This document shows positions 26,587 through 40,146 of a DNA stretch of 64,000 bases, one piece after another (the first letter of the stretch is position 1; every line of letters begins with the position of its first letter). A program made the translations under genes and the position numbers. Source of the DNA: Basidiobolus meristosporus CBS 931.73 (Eukaryota; Fungi; Basidiobolomycota). Location of the stretch: the NCBI GenBank assembly GCA_002104905.1, contig MCFE01000137.1:62001-126000 (forward strand). The letters are read 5' to 3'. The notes beneath the pieces are model-generated. The model saw only the letters and a list, made by a program, of their open reading frames with translations, did not search any database and was not told the DNA's origin.

Positions 26587-26933
26587 TGTTGTAAGAATTT
26601 GTAGCTCCACCTAAATACTCACCTAACTTAGTTACTTGGATCATTGCCTACAAGTCTTAGAGAATCCTGACCAAGTTCCTTGTTGGGATTTACTTGGAAT
26701 ATTCTCACCAAAAATCAGGTACCAAGAACATGAAATTTTGTTAAGTTGACCAAACAGCCCCAGAATTTGCACACATGTCTTTGGGACCTTCCTAGATATA
26801 TTCTACGTGCTTTTAATGCTAAGTTCATGGAAAAGTATAAAATCACCTTTGCATTCAATAAATCATTCAGTGATAACCACAAAACCTACTTGTTCTCCTA
26901 GTCACCTTCAATATCTCCAAGACTCTTACAACA
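26587..26933 (+). mobile_element. Solo copia LTR
   Basis: 347 bp, TGTTGTAA...TTACAACA, homologous to the family LTR. Flanks GAGAC/TATAC match at only 3/5. Confidence 0.88.
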
Positions 26934-28373
26934 TATACAACCTGTCTTATTGGGTTCACATGAGATATTTTACCTTTAGTAGTGCTTTGGAAACTTCACT
27001 GACTCAAAGAATTAGCCAATGTCTTAAGCCTTAGGTAGTTAATAATAATTTAGCACCAATAGAATCTTAGAGTACATAAAGAATTTTGGAGTCAACTATA
27101 TTTATAACAGATGCATTTATTTCAGAATTTAATACAGCTCAATACCATAGACCTAACACATAATTACAAGGACCTTACTCTAATCGGCATGCAGTCATCA
27201 TTTGGGCTTACTACGTTGATAGCACTTTCAACCACAATATGGTGGCTTAGATAGACTTCGCTATTTAAAACCTAGCCTTGGGTAGATCCAATCCTCCAAT
27301 TAGGCATAAACTATATTAACCATCCACAGAAACTAGCATGAAGCTGCATAAATCATTAAATATGGTCCGCTTGTAATTCCACTGGCTGAGACTCTGTATG
27401 TGATAGCATGAACACTCTTGATCACCACACTTTCTCCATAGCCCATAGTGCTCTATTGTCAATAGCCCAGTGGCCCTTGCTTTCTCGAGGCTGCAGCCTA
27501 ACCATGAGGTTTTTGACTTGTTGAGGAAAATGGCGACTCTTTGCACACCCTGCAATCAACCATACATATCTGGATAAGGTCTGTAACAATGCAAATGAGC
27601 ACTCAACACATATCAGACTATCTTGGAATAGTAGCATTATCTGCTTGGCGGTTGCTGGATAATTGATGGAAATGGAAAGCCAGATGGCTCTAAATCAGCC
27701 AATGCGCCACACAACAACATAGAGCAACCATCTCCTTCTCTATCTGGCAATCCCCTACTCAGCACGCAACATTGTTAAGCTTGGATCGGAGCCGCAAGGG
27801 ACATCAACAAAAGAATCCGGACATTTCCTCATATAAATCTAAGTTATATCGCTTGGCTTAAAAAAAACCACACTTACCATTTAGGGGCAGCCAGGTTACT
27901 GCTCAGTCGCCTTTGAACGTGTGTTGGGTGAGCGATTCCTGTTCTCGTCAGGGAAATTCAATATCCGGGCTACGGATTACTGGCCATACATTTCAACTCT
28001 AATATATAGAGCCATTTGCTAATCGTGGTCACCTCCCAATTGCGGCAACCGTAGATGGATAGTGTCGTGGAATTAGCAGCACCACACCTTAGGAATCGTG
28101 AATGCCCTGAATCAGGATGCTAAAATTGGTTAGAAAGTGACTCGGTGCAACTGGAACTACAAGGTTGATTGTTCCGCGGGGCTTGGAAACGGTGAGAATG
28201 CTGACTATTCCCAGTCCAAATCGGCTTCACTTCATTTGACACTGCATGATTCTCTTTACAATAGGTGCCATTCTAGATGTTGGATGTACTACAGAAAATG
28301 GGGTGACTCGATTCATTGATTCCACCAGCGTGATCAAGGATGCCTTGATTCTGCTGACTGTACCACCAGCCAA

Positions 28374-29066
28374 ATGAGGAAACTCCTGATCAGGTCGGGA
28401 TTTAGTATAAATTGTCACTGTGTGGTCCACGATTCCCAACACATTCTTTCATCGACAATGCTTGCATCGTGCAATATCCTTAGCCTAGAACAGATGCTTG
28501 TCAAAGCTGATTCCGTCTCTAATTCTGCATTCCCAACCATCTCCTACATCAAGGCCGATATGTTGGACAAGGCCTCTGACGAGTATATCCCTATATCAGA
28601 AACAGAGGCCGTCTCAAGGACATACATACTTGAGAACCTGCGCAAAATGGGTCCCGTTTTGTTCAATAATCCCCACTCCACCAAAACCTGTCTGCACCTA
28701 AATGATGATGAGGGAAACGTTGCCAAGTTCTGGGTTCACGACTTTTACTTCCTGCACGATAGCTACGTTCTCTATCAGCTTTTGCATCCTTCCTCAAAGC
28801 CAAACACACCTGAAATCGAAAAGGAGCAACCATTCGATATATCGACATCCACCTCAACTGATGACGAGGTTTCTCATATTTACCTTACGGTCCCATCAGT
28901 TGCTGGCATGGAGCATCTCCTTCGTTGGATATACATTCGACAGGACAATGAATGGCTAGCATCCATGAACGAAGAGAACTTCGACTCCATCATGGAGAAT
29001 GTGGCATTTCTTCGATTAAGCCAAGAGGCTTATTACGTGATGGCACAGTTCTACGAAAACCTATGA
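28374..29066 (+). CDS. BTB/POZ-like domain protein, paralogue A (start may be a downstream Met)
   Basis: LFNNPHST..LHL...FWVHDFYFLHDS.VLY and LLRWIY follow the BTB pattern. Colinear with the ORF at 30676-31290. Confidence 0.7.
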   Translation: MRKLLIRSGFSINCHCVVHDSQHILSSTMLASCNILSLEQMLVKADSVSNSAFPTISYIKADMLDKASDEYIPISETEAVSRTYILENLRKMGPVLFNNPHSTKTCLHLNDDEGNVAKFWVHDFYFLHDSYVLYQLLHPSSKPNTPEIEKEQPFDISTSTSTDDEVSHIYLTVPSVAGMEHLLRWIYIRQDNEWLASMNEENFDSIMENVAFLRLSQEAYYVMAQFYENL

Positions 29067-30675
29067 ATCCTTCTCCTTAACCCACAACCTGTATATTTAA
29101 TGAATTATACTTCATAGCACTAACCGACTGTACATTGTAATCTACAAATGCATCAATATCATTAAAGATCGATTCTTATTTTTCCCGTGAATTGTTCATA
29201 CCCATAATTGCCGATGCTGGCCACTACTATATATATGTCGATTCCGGGCTGGGATAAATTCTGTCCAATCATAGGCTTGACTTAGATATCTAGATGCTGT
29301 GAGAGGGAAATCCTCACCATAAATTATGGGGAAATCGAGTACCAATTTAATTACACGGCGAGGAACTGATGATATTTATAGCACCTATTGCAAATGAGAG
29401 CAATCACAGTCTACCGAGGAGTGCGTTTACCCATTTCTTGAGAAGCAGCGGTGAAAAGCCTGGCGGATGGTTAGTATTTGCGTCTTCAGTTTTCTTCAAC
29501 TAATAACAATGGTTAACATGCCCGTTGAAGCTTTGAAACAGTACCCACATCAAGCATAAAGATGCTGATTACAGTTGCGCATCAACCCTCTGAAGCTGAC
29601 GCATTTGGTAATATTGCTCGTTTCACGCCTTCGATCGCCTGCCAAGTTTCGAATATTCATAACATATTAGTGAGACAAATCCCAATTGCCATAACCGGAA
29701 ACAAGCTGGAAAGGAAATACGTTTGGCGGGATCACCAATGGTTGCTTACTGACAATCCTCTGTTCATATTAGCTAGGAGACCTCTAATCAGCGATAATAC
29801 GATCTTAGCTTCAGTTTCATATTCAGACCCACGACCAATAAATGAATCTCCAGATTGAAATCAGCCAGTTTACGGATAAGTAATTTATACAGCGCAGTCT
29901 GCGCTGCCCCAAAACGCCCATGAGGCATGCCAACTGATTACTGATTTGGGACGTCGAGCTAAATTCCAACGCCCATTCAGTAGCTCCTTGAAATTGCGGG
30001 CAACAGGAAATGATTGTTTTGTACTTGGTTTGGAAATTCGGGAAAGTGCCGGAAACAGGCAACGCATTTGAACAGCAGCCAAACTCAGATTAGTACCATG
30101 TATCATTTGTATAAACGGCATACTACACAAGACCATGTTTGGTATTATTAAGACTTGCAAGTATACGATTCGTAGCCTACCATACCAAGTCATCCTGATG
30201 CTGACCTTAATTGCTTTGCTGAGCTTCTCAGTGGTTGAATGATAAGTAGAGTAGATACCATCAAATAAAGCAGGACTCGTTTCATGAATATCAGCCAAAA
30301 CATTGAATACATCCGTTCATCTAGAGATCACCCGGATGATATCCGCAATTTCCAAATTTGGTTAATGCTTATAAAAATAATGCCTTAATATTATGGATTG
30401 ATGGTTGCGTCCAAATCATGAGGCAAAGGTTATTTATTACTTTATAATGACATCTCATTTCAAGCTCTCGGCGTGTTTCAACCGATATATACTGATTGTT
30501 GGGGTTTAATTACATGTTATTTAACAATTTAGATCCGAGTCGCCTGTCTTATGACAAAGGGTGCTTATTTACACAACATTCTCAAATCAACCTCTATCTA
30601 CAGCCTTATCCTGTGTGTAACGGGGGCTGCAAGCAAACGAATGAGTTGCATTCTGCTTCCTAGATGGCGATACAA

Positions 30676-31290
30676 TTAAATGCTATCTTCGTAAAACTCG
30701 GCCATCACATAATACGCATCCTGGCTTAGTCGAAGGAACGCTACATTCTCCATAATGGAACCAAAGCCACTTTTGCTCATTGTGTGCAACCACCGGTCAT
30801 CATCACGTGTGTATATCCACCAAAGAATTTCCTCGAAGCCTTCAACTGAAGGCACCACCAAGTAGCTATGATGCTTCCCATCGCTATCTGTAGTCATCTG
30901 CTTGCCAGCTTGATGGAAGCTCTCCAATTCTCTCAGCATGGGTGAGCTCGAGCTGGTAGGGTGAAGTGATTTATACAACACTGGGCTGTCGTGGAGAAAA
31001 TAGAAGTCATGCACCCAAAAGGCAGCCACTGACCCGTTTTTATCCTCAACATGAAGGCGAGTGTTGGTAGAGTGCGGGTTGTTAAACAAGATATGGCCCA
31101 TGCGGTGTAGGTTATGAAGCACTGATGATTTACTGACGATTTCATTCTCTGATGTGCGAATATACTCTTGGTCAAATTTACCACATGGCGGGAATTCGCT
31201 TTGTGTTGCCATTGAACTAAACGGGTATTCGGAAAGATGGTCTTGGGAATGTGCAGCTCTTATAACATTAGTGCCGTAGGAGATATGCAT
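30676..31290 (-). CDS. BTB/POZ-like domain protein, paralogue B
   Basis: Shares LFNNPHST, FWVHDFYFLHDS, VPSV and SIMENVAFLRLSQ.AYYVMA.FYE with paralogue A. Confidence 0.7.
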   Translation of the reverse strand: MHISYGTNVIRAAHSQDHLSEYPFSSMATQSEFPPCGKFDQEYIRTSENEIVSKSSVLHNLHRMGHILFNNPHSTNTRLHVEDKNGSVAAFWVHDFYFLHDSPVLYKSLHPTSSSSPMLRELESFHQAGKQMTTDSDGKHHSYLVVPSVEGFEEILWWIYTRDDDRWLHTMSKSGFGSIMENVAFLRLSQDAYYVMAEFYEDSI

Positions 31291-33596
31291 GATTCCTTGT
31301 AGGCCAAGTTCGAAGGTTAGGTGGGGAGAGAAGTGGAACGATGCTGAGGGGAGGGCGGAGAAGAGGTGGATTTATAGGATATCCAGACCTTGGACGATGT
31401 GGTGATTCCACTGCTTGGTGTCGGTTGGACTAAACGGCCCTTAAAAAATCCCGATGACAGTGACCGTTTGTATCGACTTACCAATCATCCACTAGTCGGA
31501 GTTTACTTGGCCTTGGGTTGTTTTAGGTGTGGGCGAATCGTTTGAAACATGAGTGTATGCGAGCATCGAACCGAATGGTTCCGGAGTTGTTTGCGCTATG
31601 GAATGCTGCTATTTTCCAGCGTAGTAATTTTTGGAATTAGTTCCTGACGGCTGCGGGGAGGAAGTTGTAGGTCAGCTCGTCAGATTCGTTGTTGGAACAT
31701 ATACAGTTTGGCCTTGAAACCATAACAATGCTCTAATAAGTAATTGGTGTTTTATCTCATGGATTTGATCAGTCATCCGGAAAAATAGGATTCGGCACAG
31801 ATCCGGCCCTCGTGGATCTCTTGATATTGAACCTCACAGACGTGGCAATGAATTCGGATTAAGCTCAATGGTCGGCCCATTTAGAGCTATTGACGGGGCT
31901 AAGCTGTTTCCGGTACCGATGAGTCGCAGACCATCGCTTGGCGCCAGATTTCAGACACTTAGCAGGTTCCTTTTTTTTTGGGGGGGGGGTCCAGTATTTG
32001 GTAGTAGGGGGTAAGGTGGAAGTTCTCTTAGGCAAGCCAAGAGTGATCACAATTGATCTCGCGATGCATGCGTAGGCTAGTGGAATATCCTATTTGTCAG
32101 GGGGGGGGGGAATCAAATCTACCACTATCAAATCGAAATGCCGATAGGTGGGTTAGAGCAGGCGATTTCTTCTTGCTACTACAGATCTGAGATAAGTCCA
32201 TTGCTTCAATCGCTGCCATCTATCAAGTTTCTCCGCCATAAGGTCCAGTCCGATTGCGGACTCATCTGATTCGCTCAAGGATCTCGGTCCCACCTCTTGG
32301 CAATCATTTCAGCCACCCTGTTTGTTTACCCAAGTGATCCATCAGGATTCCGCATAAAACAGTCTATGCCAAATGAAGACAATGGAAACCCACTAGAAAA
32401 TAGACTTGTTGCACAACAGGATCCATGTTCTTTCGAAGAAACAACCTCACCTCATGGCCCATCAGGTGGGTCAAGAAAGTGTGTTTCTATGAATTCCAAT
32501 GTGCTTCCCACAAGTTCCGATAAGTTTCCTAATCCTGAGTGCAACAACATATGGGTGTGACTGAAGTAAGAGTCATCTTGGGCGATGAGGAGATAGCAAA
32601 CGGAAACCCGGTTTTTCAAGCCACATCATGTATGGGCCAAGGCCATTAGACTATTATTGTTGGCTATTTACAATCCGGGATACGCCTTGACATTTCAGTA
32701 CAGACAAACGAAACCCAAATCCAACTTAGAAATGGTGAGTTGGGTATTCTAGGTACACTTCCAGATTCATTGCTTATTCATAATAGCTGTTCAATGTACT
32801 CAAAAGTAGCCTATTATTTGATTGCTGAATTCAACCTTCTTGATCTGGCAACCTTTTTGTATACATAAATGGTGACATAGTTCCTGACTAGCTAATCATA
32901 TTGTAATGTAATATGTTTCTTGGCTGTTACCATAGAAAGGTACACTAGGGTTGCTGCAAAAGCTGAACAGAAGTCAGTTTAAAGCAATAGAAATTCTCAG
33001 AACATTCAAAGACCTTTAAGATCTGCCAAGATTCTGTTACATTTACTTCCAGATATTATATCATTTGGTACAAATATTACTCTATACCAGTCCCAAGCGC
33101 ACCCTTTGCGCACTCCTGGATCACTACACTTCAGCATGGGATAGATATTCTAGGGATTAGAGGCTTAGAATTTCTCTTGACTGAAGATGGTTATAATTTT
33201 GTATATATACAATGCTATCAAAACTCAATATACAACAGTGCTCAATCAGCATATATTTGAACAGTGCCATCTATAAAGCACCTGCTGAGCCCAGCTATGT
33301 ACTTGACTATAAATAAGTGGTAAATTTCAGAGGCTGCAAACATTATTTTTGATATATTAGCAACACAAAGCTGTACCTGTAGTTAAGGTTTGTGATTATA
33401 CCTAAATGCACATCTAGCTTAGTGACTTAGATTATTGCCTACAAATCTTGGAGAATACTGGCCAAACTCCTTATCACAATTTACTTTGAATATTTTCACC
33501 AAAATACCAGGTACCCAGAACATGAAAATCTCAAAGTTGTCCAAACATCTCTGAGTTTTTACATTCAATTCCTTATTAAGAGAAGGACAAATAATA

Positions 33597-34603
33597 TGTT
33601 GTAAAAATTTGGAATTCCACCTAAATATTCACCTAACTTAGTCACTTAGATCATTACCCTCAAATCCTAGAGAATACTGACCAAAATCCATGTCGGGATT
33701 TACTTGGAATATTTACCCAGAACATGAAAATTCTCAAAGTTGTCCAAACAGCCCCAAACTTTGCGGACATGTTCTTGGGACCTTTCTTAACCTATCCTCG
33801 TGTTTGTAATGCCAAGACCAGGTAAAAGTATAAATACTACTTTTACATTCAATAAATCATTAAGTGAAAACCACCTAATCTACTTGTGTCCAAATTACTT
33901 CCAATATCTCCAAGACTCTTACAACAGGTTATGAGCCCCAAGCTGTCACTCTCTGTATTGTGTACTACAGCTATTACTGGAATTTTTCCCTCTGCTGAAA
34001 AGTTGGATGGATCTAACTACCAAGTGTGGAAGGTGAAGATGAAGATGCTGCTACAAGAAAGAGGCCTTTGGGATATTGTCACGGGAGAAGAATGCCCTCC
34101 TAAAAGCGTGGGAGAGGAAGCCCTGAAGTACCAGAAGAACAAACAAAGTGTCTTTAACTGCATTTGCCTTAATGTTGAAGACAAATTGCTAATTCAATGC
34201 TCAAGAGCAAAAACAGCAAAGAATGCCTGGAAGGCATTAGAAGACACCTACCAGTCATGTTCAGCTGCCAAGAAAATGTGTCTGAGATGCAAATTCTTTA
34301 CTACAAAGATGCTGCCAGGAGAAGAAATGAAAGATCTAATTAACAGAATTGCCCTGCTGGTAGATGAGATGGAGTCTGTGGGCGTACCAACTACTGATGA
34401 GGATGTGATAGTTACCATCCTGAATAGCCTGACAAACAGGTTTCAGGGCCTTGTATCAGCCCTAGAGTCCAGAACTGAAGATTTGACCTTAAATTACCTA
34501 TATGAAAGGCTCCTGGATGAAGAATTAAGAAAATCAAGCGCCAATAAGAAGGAAGAAGAAAATGCTTTAATAAGCAATGATTACCAACAAAGGAGGTACC
34601 CAA
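33597..34603 (+). mobile_element. Copia LTR-PBS-truncated gag, fused to the next LTR
   Basis: LTR 33597-33926, PBS from 33927, gag from 33931 ending at RRYP directly before TGTTG at 34604. A further degenerate LTR fragment lies at ~33410-33570. Confidence 0.88.
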
Positions 34604-37600
34604 TGTTGTAAAAGTTTGTATTTCCACCTAAATATTCACCTAACTTAGTCACTTAGATCATTACCTTCAAATCCTAGAGAATACTGACCAAATTCCTTGT
34701 TGGGATTTACTTGGAATATTTTCACCAAAATACCAGGTACTCAGAACATGAAAATTCTCAAAGTTGTCCAAACAGCCCCAAACTTTGCACACATGCTCCT
34801 GGGACCTTCCTTAACCTATCCTTGTGTTTGTAATGCCAAGACCAGGTAAAAGTTTAAATACTACTTTTACATTCAATAAATCAATAAGTGAAAACCACAT
34901 AATCTACTTGTTCTCCAAATCACTTCCAATATCTACAAGACTCTTACAACAGGCTATGAGCCCCAAGCTGTCACTCTCTGCAATGTCTACTACTGCTATT
35001 ACTGGAATTTTTCCCTCTGCTGAAAAGTTGGATGTATCTAACTACCAAGTGTGGAAGGTGAAGATGAAGATGCTGCTACAAGAAAGAGGCCTTTGGGATA
35101 TTGTCATGGGAGAAGAATGCCCTCCTAAAAGCATGGGAGAGGAATCCTTAAAGTACCAGAAGAAAGAAAAATGTGCCTTTAACTGCATATGCCTTAGTGT
35201 TAAAGACAAATTGCTAATTCAATGCTCAAGAGCAAAAACAGCAAAGAATGCCTGGAAGGCATTAGAAGACACCTACCAGTCATGTTCAGCTGCCAAGAAA
35301 ATGTATCTGAGACAAAAACTCTTTACTACAAAGATGCTGCCAGGAGAAGAAATGAAAAATCTAATTACCAGAATTACCCTGCTGGTAGATGAGATGGAGT
35401 CTGTGGGCGTACCAACTACTGATGAGGATGTGATAGTTACCATCCTGAATAGCCTGACAGACAAGTTTCAGGGCCTTGTATCAGCTCTAGAGTCCAGACC
35501 TGAAGATTTGACCTTAAATTATGTATATGGAAAGCTCCTGGATGAAGAATTAAGAAAAACAAGCGCCAATAAGAAGGAAGAAGAAAATGCTTTAATAAGC
35601 AATGAAAACCAACAAAGGAGGTACCCAAGACCCTACAAAGGCAACAGCAACCTGTTTTGTAACTACTGCAAAAGGAAAGGACACACATCAGACCGGTGTC
35701 TCAAAAAGAAAGATAACCAGCAAAAGAAGCCTGAATATGGAAATGCTGCAACAACTGAAGATCAGAATCTATACAAGCTGACTTATATTCCATCATATTT
35801 GGAAGCCAATATAAGTAACTTAAATGAAGAAACACCAATGCTTTGGCACAGGAGATTTGGGCACATCAATTAAGATTATTTGCACAAAATGATCAAAGAT
35901 CAGCTAATTGGGAGCACTGTGAAGCCTGCATATATGGGAAACAAGCCAGACAACCGTTCAAGAGCTCTGGGTTAATCAAAACTAAGAAAAAATTAGCTCT
36001 AATTCACTCAGATCTGTGTGGACCTATGCAAAATTTATCCTTAGGTGGGATGAATTATTTAATCACTTTTATTGATGATTATACAAGATACACATGGGTC
36101 TACTTCATGGAGAGAAAGGAAGAAGCTCTGTCTAAGTTCAGGGAGTTTAAAGCCATGGTGGAGAGAGAAACTGGTGAAAAAATCAAGAAAATACGCTCTG
36201 ATAATGGTGGAGAATATACCTCAAAACTCTTCGTCCACTTCTGCAAAATTCATGAGATAAAGCAAGAGACTACTGTACCATACTCCTCACAGCAAAATGG
36301 AGTAGCAGAACAAGCTAACAGATCAATAATTGATATGGCAAGATCTATGATTGATGATCAAAAATTATCCTATGATTTTTGGGCGGAATCAGTTGCCACT
36401 GCTGTATACCTTAAAAATAGGAGCTATAACAAAATACTTTGTGATTCTACTCCATTTGAAGCATGGCATTGATACAGACCAAGTGCAGAACATCTAAGAG
36501 TATTTGGGTGTACAGCATATGCCAAAAAATTGGCCGGAAATCAGTCAAAATTTGAGCCAAAAAGTGTAAAATGTAAATTTTTGGGCTACTGCAATGAGAG
36601 TAAGGTATACAGACTCTACAATACCAAAGCAAAGAAGCTGATCAGGTCCAGGGATGTGTTGTTTGATGAAAATTCAAAATTTTCACAAAAAATGACATCA
36701 GATGATGACAAAAATTTGATCTCAAGTCCACCAATTGTCAGGATTGAATCAGAGCAAAACAATGAAAATTTTTTCACTCCAAAGGACTCTACAACTGTGG
36801 TTCAGCCAGAATCAGTGCCCAGGAACATCCCAGAAGTGATCATTCCAGTATAAAATGCCCAAAGATCCAATCAGACAAGAAATAGCCCAAATTACTATAT
36901 CAATGAGGGTACAAACTTAGCCTATGCCTATTCAGTCCATATTGATGAACCCCAGACTGTAAAAGAGGCCCTAAATAGCCCTCAGATGAAGTTTTGGAAA
37001 TCTGCAATGACTGAGGAATATCAGGCCCTGATGGAAAATCAAACTTGGGACTTAGTCAAATTACCAATCAACCAAAAATCAATTGGATGCAGATGGGTCT
37101 TCAAGACAAAATACAAGGCTGATGGTACAATTGAAAGATACAAAGCAAGACTTGTAGCCAAAGGATACTCTCAAACAAAAGGACTTTACTATACTGAGAC
37201 CTTTGCACCAGTAGCCAAGTATAATTCCATCAGATTAATATTGGCTATTGCAGCCAAATATAAGTTGTTTATTCATCAAATGGATGTAAAAACTGCATTT
37301 TTGAATGGAAAACCTGATGAGGACATGTATATGGACCAGCCTGATGGGTTTGTCAACCAAGATAATCCCCATTTGGTCTGCAAGCTTAAAAAGTCACTAT
37401 ATGGTCTCAAACAATCACCAAGAGCCTGGAATTGCAAGATAGAATCTTATTTGGAATCTTTGAGCTTCAAAAGGAGTAATGCTGACCATAGTATATATTA
37501 TAAGCCAGATAGAGCAAATCCAGCTCTATTAGCTCTATATGTGGATGATCATATTATAGCCGCCAATAACCTAGCAATATTGGAAGAGACTAAATCCAGC

Positions 37601-38876
37601 CTATCTAAAGAGTTCAAGATGTCCAATCTAGGAGAACTTAGCTACTACTTAGGGATTAAGTTCTCCATAGACAGAAGTACCCAGACTATCACCCTAAGCC
37701 AATCCAAGTATATTCAAGATATCCTAAAGAAGTACCAAATGGAAGACTGTAAACCGGCAGCTACCCCAATGGAGACAAACCTTTACTTGGTCAAAACTCA
37801 ACCAAATCAAGTGAGCTTGGTGCCATCTGAAAGCCCTGACTTTCCTTATCAATATATGATTAGCAGTCTGATGTATATCATGCTTGGAACACGTCCAGAT
37901 ATCTCATATTCAGTGGGAGTTGTCAGCCAGCATAATCAGAACTATGGATCTGATCATATTGCAGCAGTTAAGCAGATTTTTAGATACCTAAAAGGAACTG
38001 CTGATATCTGCTTAAGATACACTTACAAGGATTCAGAACAGGATCTTGTGGATACTCTGATGCTCATTGGGACAAAATTTAGAAGACAGAAGATCCACCA
38101 CAGGATACACCTTTCTTAACTGTAAAGGAGCAATTTCATGGAATTCAAGAAAGCAACCAACCGTAGCACTTTCCACCACAGAGGCAGAGTATATGGCAGC
38201 CTGTGAAGCTACAAAAGAAGTAATGTGGTTAAGAAAGCTTTTTACAGATTTAGGCCTATGTCAAAAAACACCTATTACTTTATTTCAAGATAATCAAGGA
38301 TGTATACAATTAGGTAGAAATCCAATTTTTTATGCTAGAACAAAGCTCATAGATATTAGACATCATTTCACACGTGAAGCTAAAGAGAATAACTTAGTTC
38401 GCTTAGTTTACTGTCCTACAGATGAAATGATTGCAGACATATTTACCAAACCATTAGCTAGAGACAAGTTTGAATATCTTAGGTCAAAATTAGGACTAGT
38501 CAGTATGAGCATTTAGCTGAGTGGGAGTGTTGTAAAAATTTGGAATTCCACCTATATATTCACCTAACTTAGTCACTTAGCTCATTACCTTCAAATCCTA
38601 GAGAATCCTGACCAAATTCCTTGTTGGGATTTACATGGAATATTTTCACCAAGATACCAGGTACCCAGAACATGAAAATTCTCAAAGTTGTCCAAACAGC
38701 CCCAAACTTTGCACACATGTTCTTGGGACCTTCCTTAACCTATTCTACGTGTCTGTTATTCTAAGACCAGGTAAAAGTATAAATACTACTTTTACATTCA
38801 ATAAATCATTAAGTGAAAACCACATAATCTACTTGTTCTCCCAATCACTTCCAACATCTCCAATACTTTTACAGCA
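34604..38876 (+). mobile_element. Defective copia element lacking the protease domain
   Basis: LTRs 34604-34951 and 38528-38876 (clearly more divergent than the LTR pair of the 3336-8020 copy). PPT GAGTGGGAG before 38528. In-frame 126-codon deletion at ~35760, 31-bp deletion at ~35905, stops at 35871, 36470 and 36851, frameshift near 38050. Confidence 0.92.
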
Positions 38877-40146
38877 TTTTTAAGCTTGCAGACCAAATGG
38901 GGGTTATCTTGGTCAACAAACCCATCAGGCTGATCCATATACATGTCCTCATCAAGTTCTTCATTCAAAAATGCAGCTTTTAAATCCATTTGCTGAATAA
39001 AAAACTTACGTTTGGCTGCAATAGCCAATATTAATCTGATGGAACTAAACATAGCTACCAGTGCAAAGGTCTCAGTAGAGTCAAGTCCTTGAGAGTATCT
39101 TTTGGCAACAAGTCTTGCTTTGCATCTTTCAAATGTACCATCAGCCTTGTATTTTGTCTTGAAGACACATCTGCATACAGTTGATTTTTGGTTGATTGGT
39201 AATTTACAAATTTTTACAACACCATATACATAATTTAAGGTCAAATCTTCAGTTCTGGACGCTAGGGCTGATACAAGGCCTTGCAACCTCTCTGTCAGGC
39301 TAGTCAGGATGGTTACTATTACATCCTCATCAGTAGTTGTTATGCACACATATTCCATCTCATCCACCAGCAGGGTAATTCTGGTAATTAAATTTTTCAT
39401 TTCTTTTCCTGGCAGCATCTTTGTGGTAGAGAATTTTTGTCCAAGATACATTTTCTTGGCAGCTGAGCATGAATGGTAGGTGTCTTCTAATGCCTTCCAG
39501 GCATTCTTTGCTGCTTTTGCTCTTGAGCATTGAATTAGCAATTTGTCTTTGGCACTAAGGCATATGCACTTAAAGGCTCTTTGTTCTTTCTTCTGGTACT
39601 TTAAGGATTCCTCTCCTGTGTTTTTAGGAGGGCATACTTCTCCCATGACAATATCCCAAAGGCCTCTTTCTTGTAGCAGCATCTTCATCTTCACCTTCCA
39701 CACTTGGTAGTTAGATCCATCCAACTTCTTAGCAGAGGAAAAAGTTCCAGTAATAGCAGTAGTATACATTGCAGAGAGTGACAGCTTGGGGCTCATAACC
39801 TGTTGTAAGAGTCTTGGAGATATTGGAAGTGACTGGGATAACACGTACATTACATGGTTTTCACTTAATGATTTATAGAATGTAAAAGTAGTATTTATAT
39901 TTTAACATGGTCTTGGCATTAAAAATATGTAGAATACAGCAAGAAAGGTCCCAAGATCATGTGAAAAATTTGGGGCTGTTTGGACAACTTTGAGAATTTT
40001 CATGTTCTGGGTACCTGGTATTTTGGTGAAAATATTCCAAGTAAGTCCTAACAAGGAATTTGGTCAGTATTCTCTAGGATTTGAAGGTAATGATCTAAGT
40101 AACTAAGTTAGGTGAATATTTAGGTGGAATTCCAAATTTTTACAAC
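38877..40146 (-). mobile_element. Rearranged copia fragment: LTR-PBS-gag'-U3 stub-RT'
   Basis: LTR 39801-40146, gag to NYVYG (39222), then TGTTGTAAAAATTTG (~39204-39221) fused to the RT start. Truncated in RT by the LTR ending at 38876. Confidence 0.85.

Noticed and set aside
27316-27637. Protein-like fragment (LIAGCAKSRHFP...GHWAIDNRALW)
   Set aside because: No start or recognisable family. Cannot be supported without a search.
29823-30298. Two overlapping minus-strand ORFs that could be a frameshifted pseudogene
   Set aside because: No family could be assigned by eye.
32790-32985. CFLAVTIERY, resembling a class-A GPCR TM3/ERY motif
   Set aside because: The frame has several stops and no other TM motifs. 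A short match is likely by chance.
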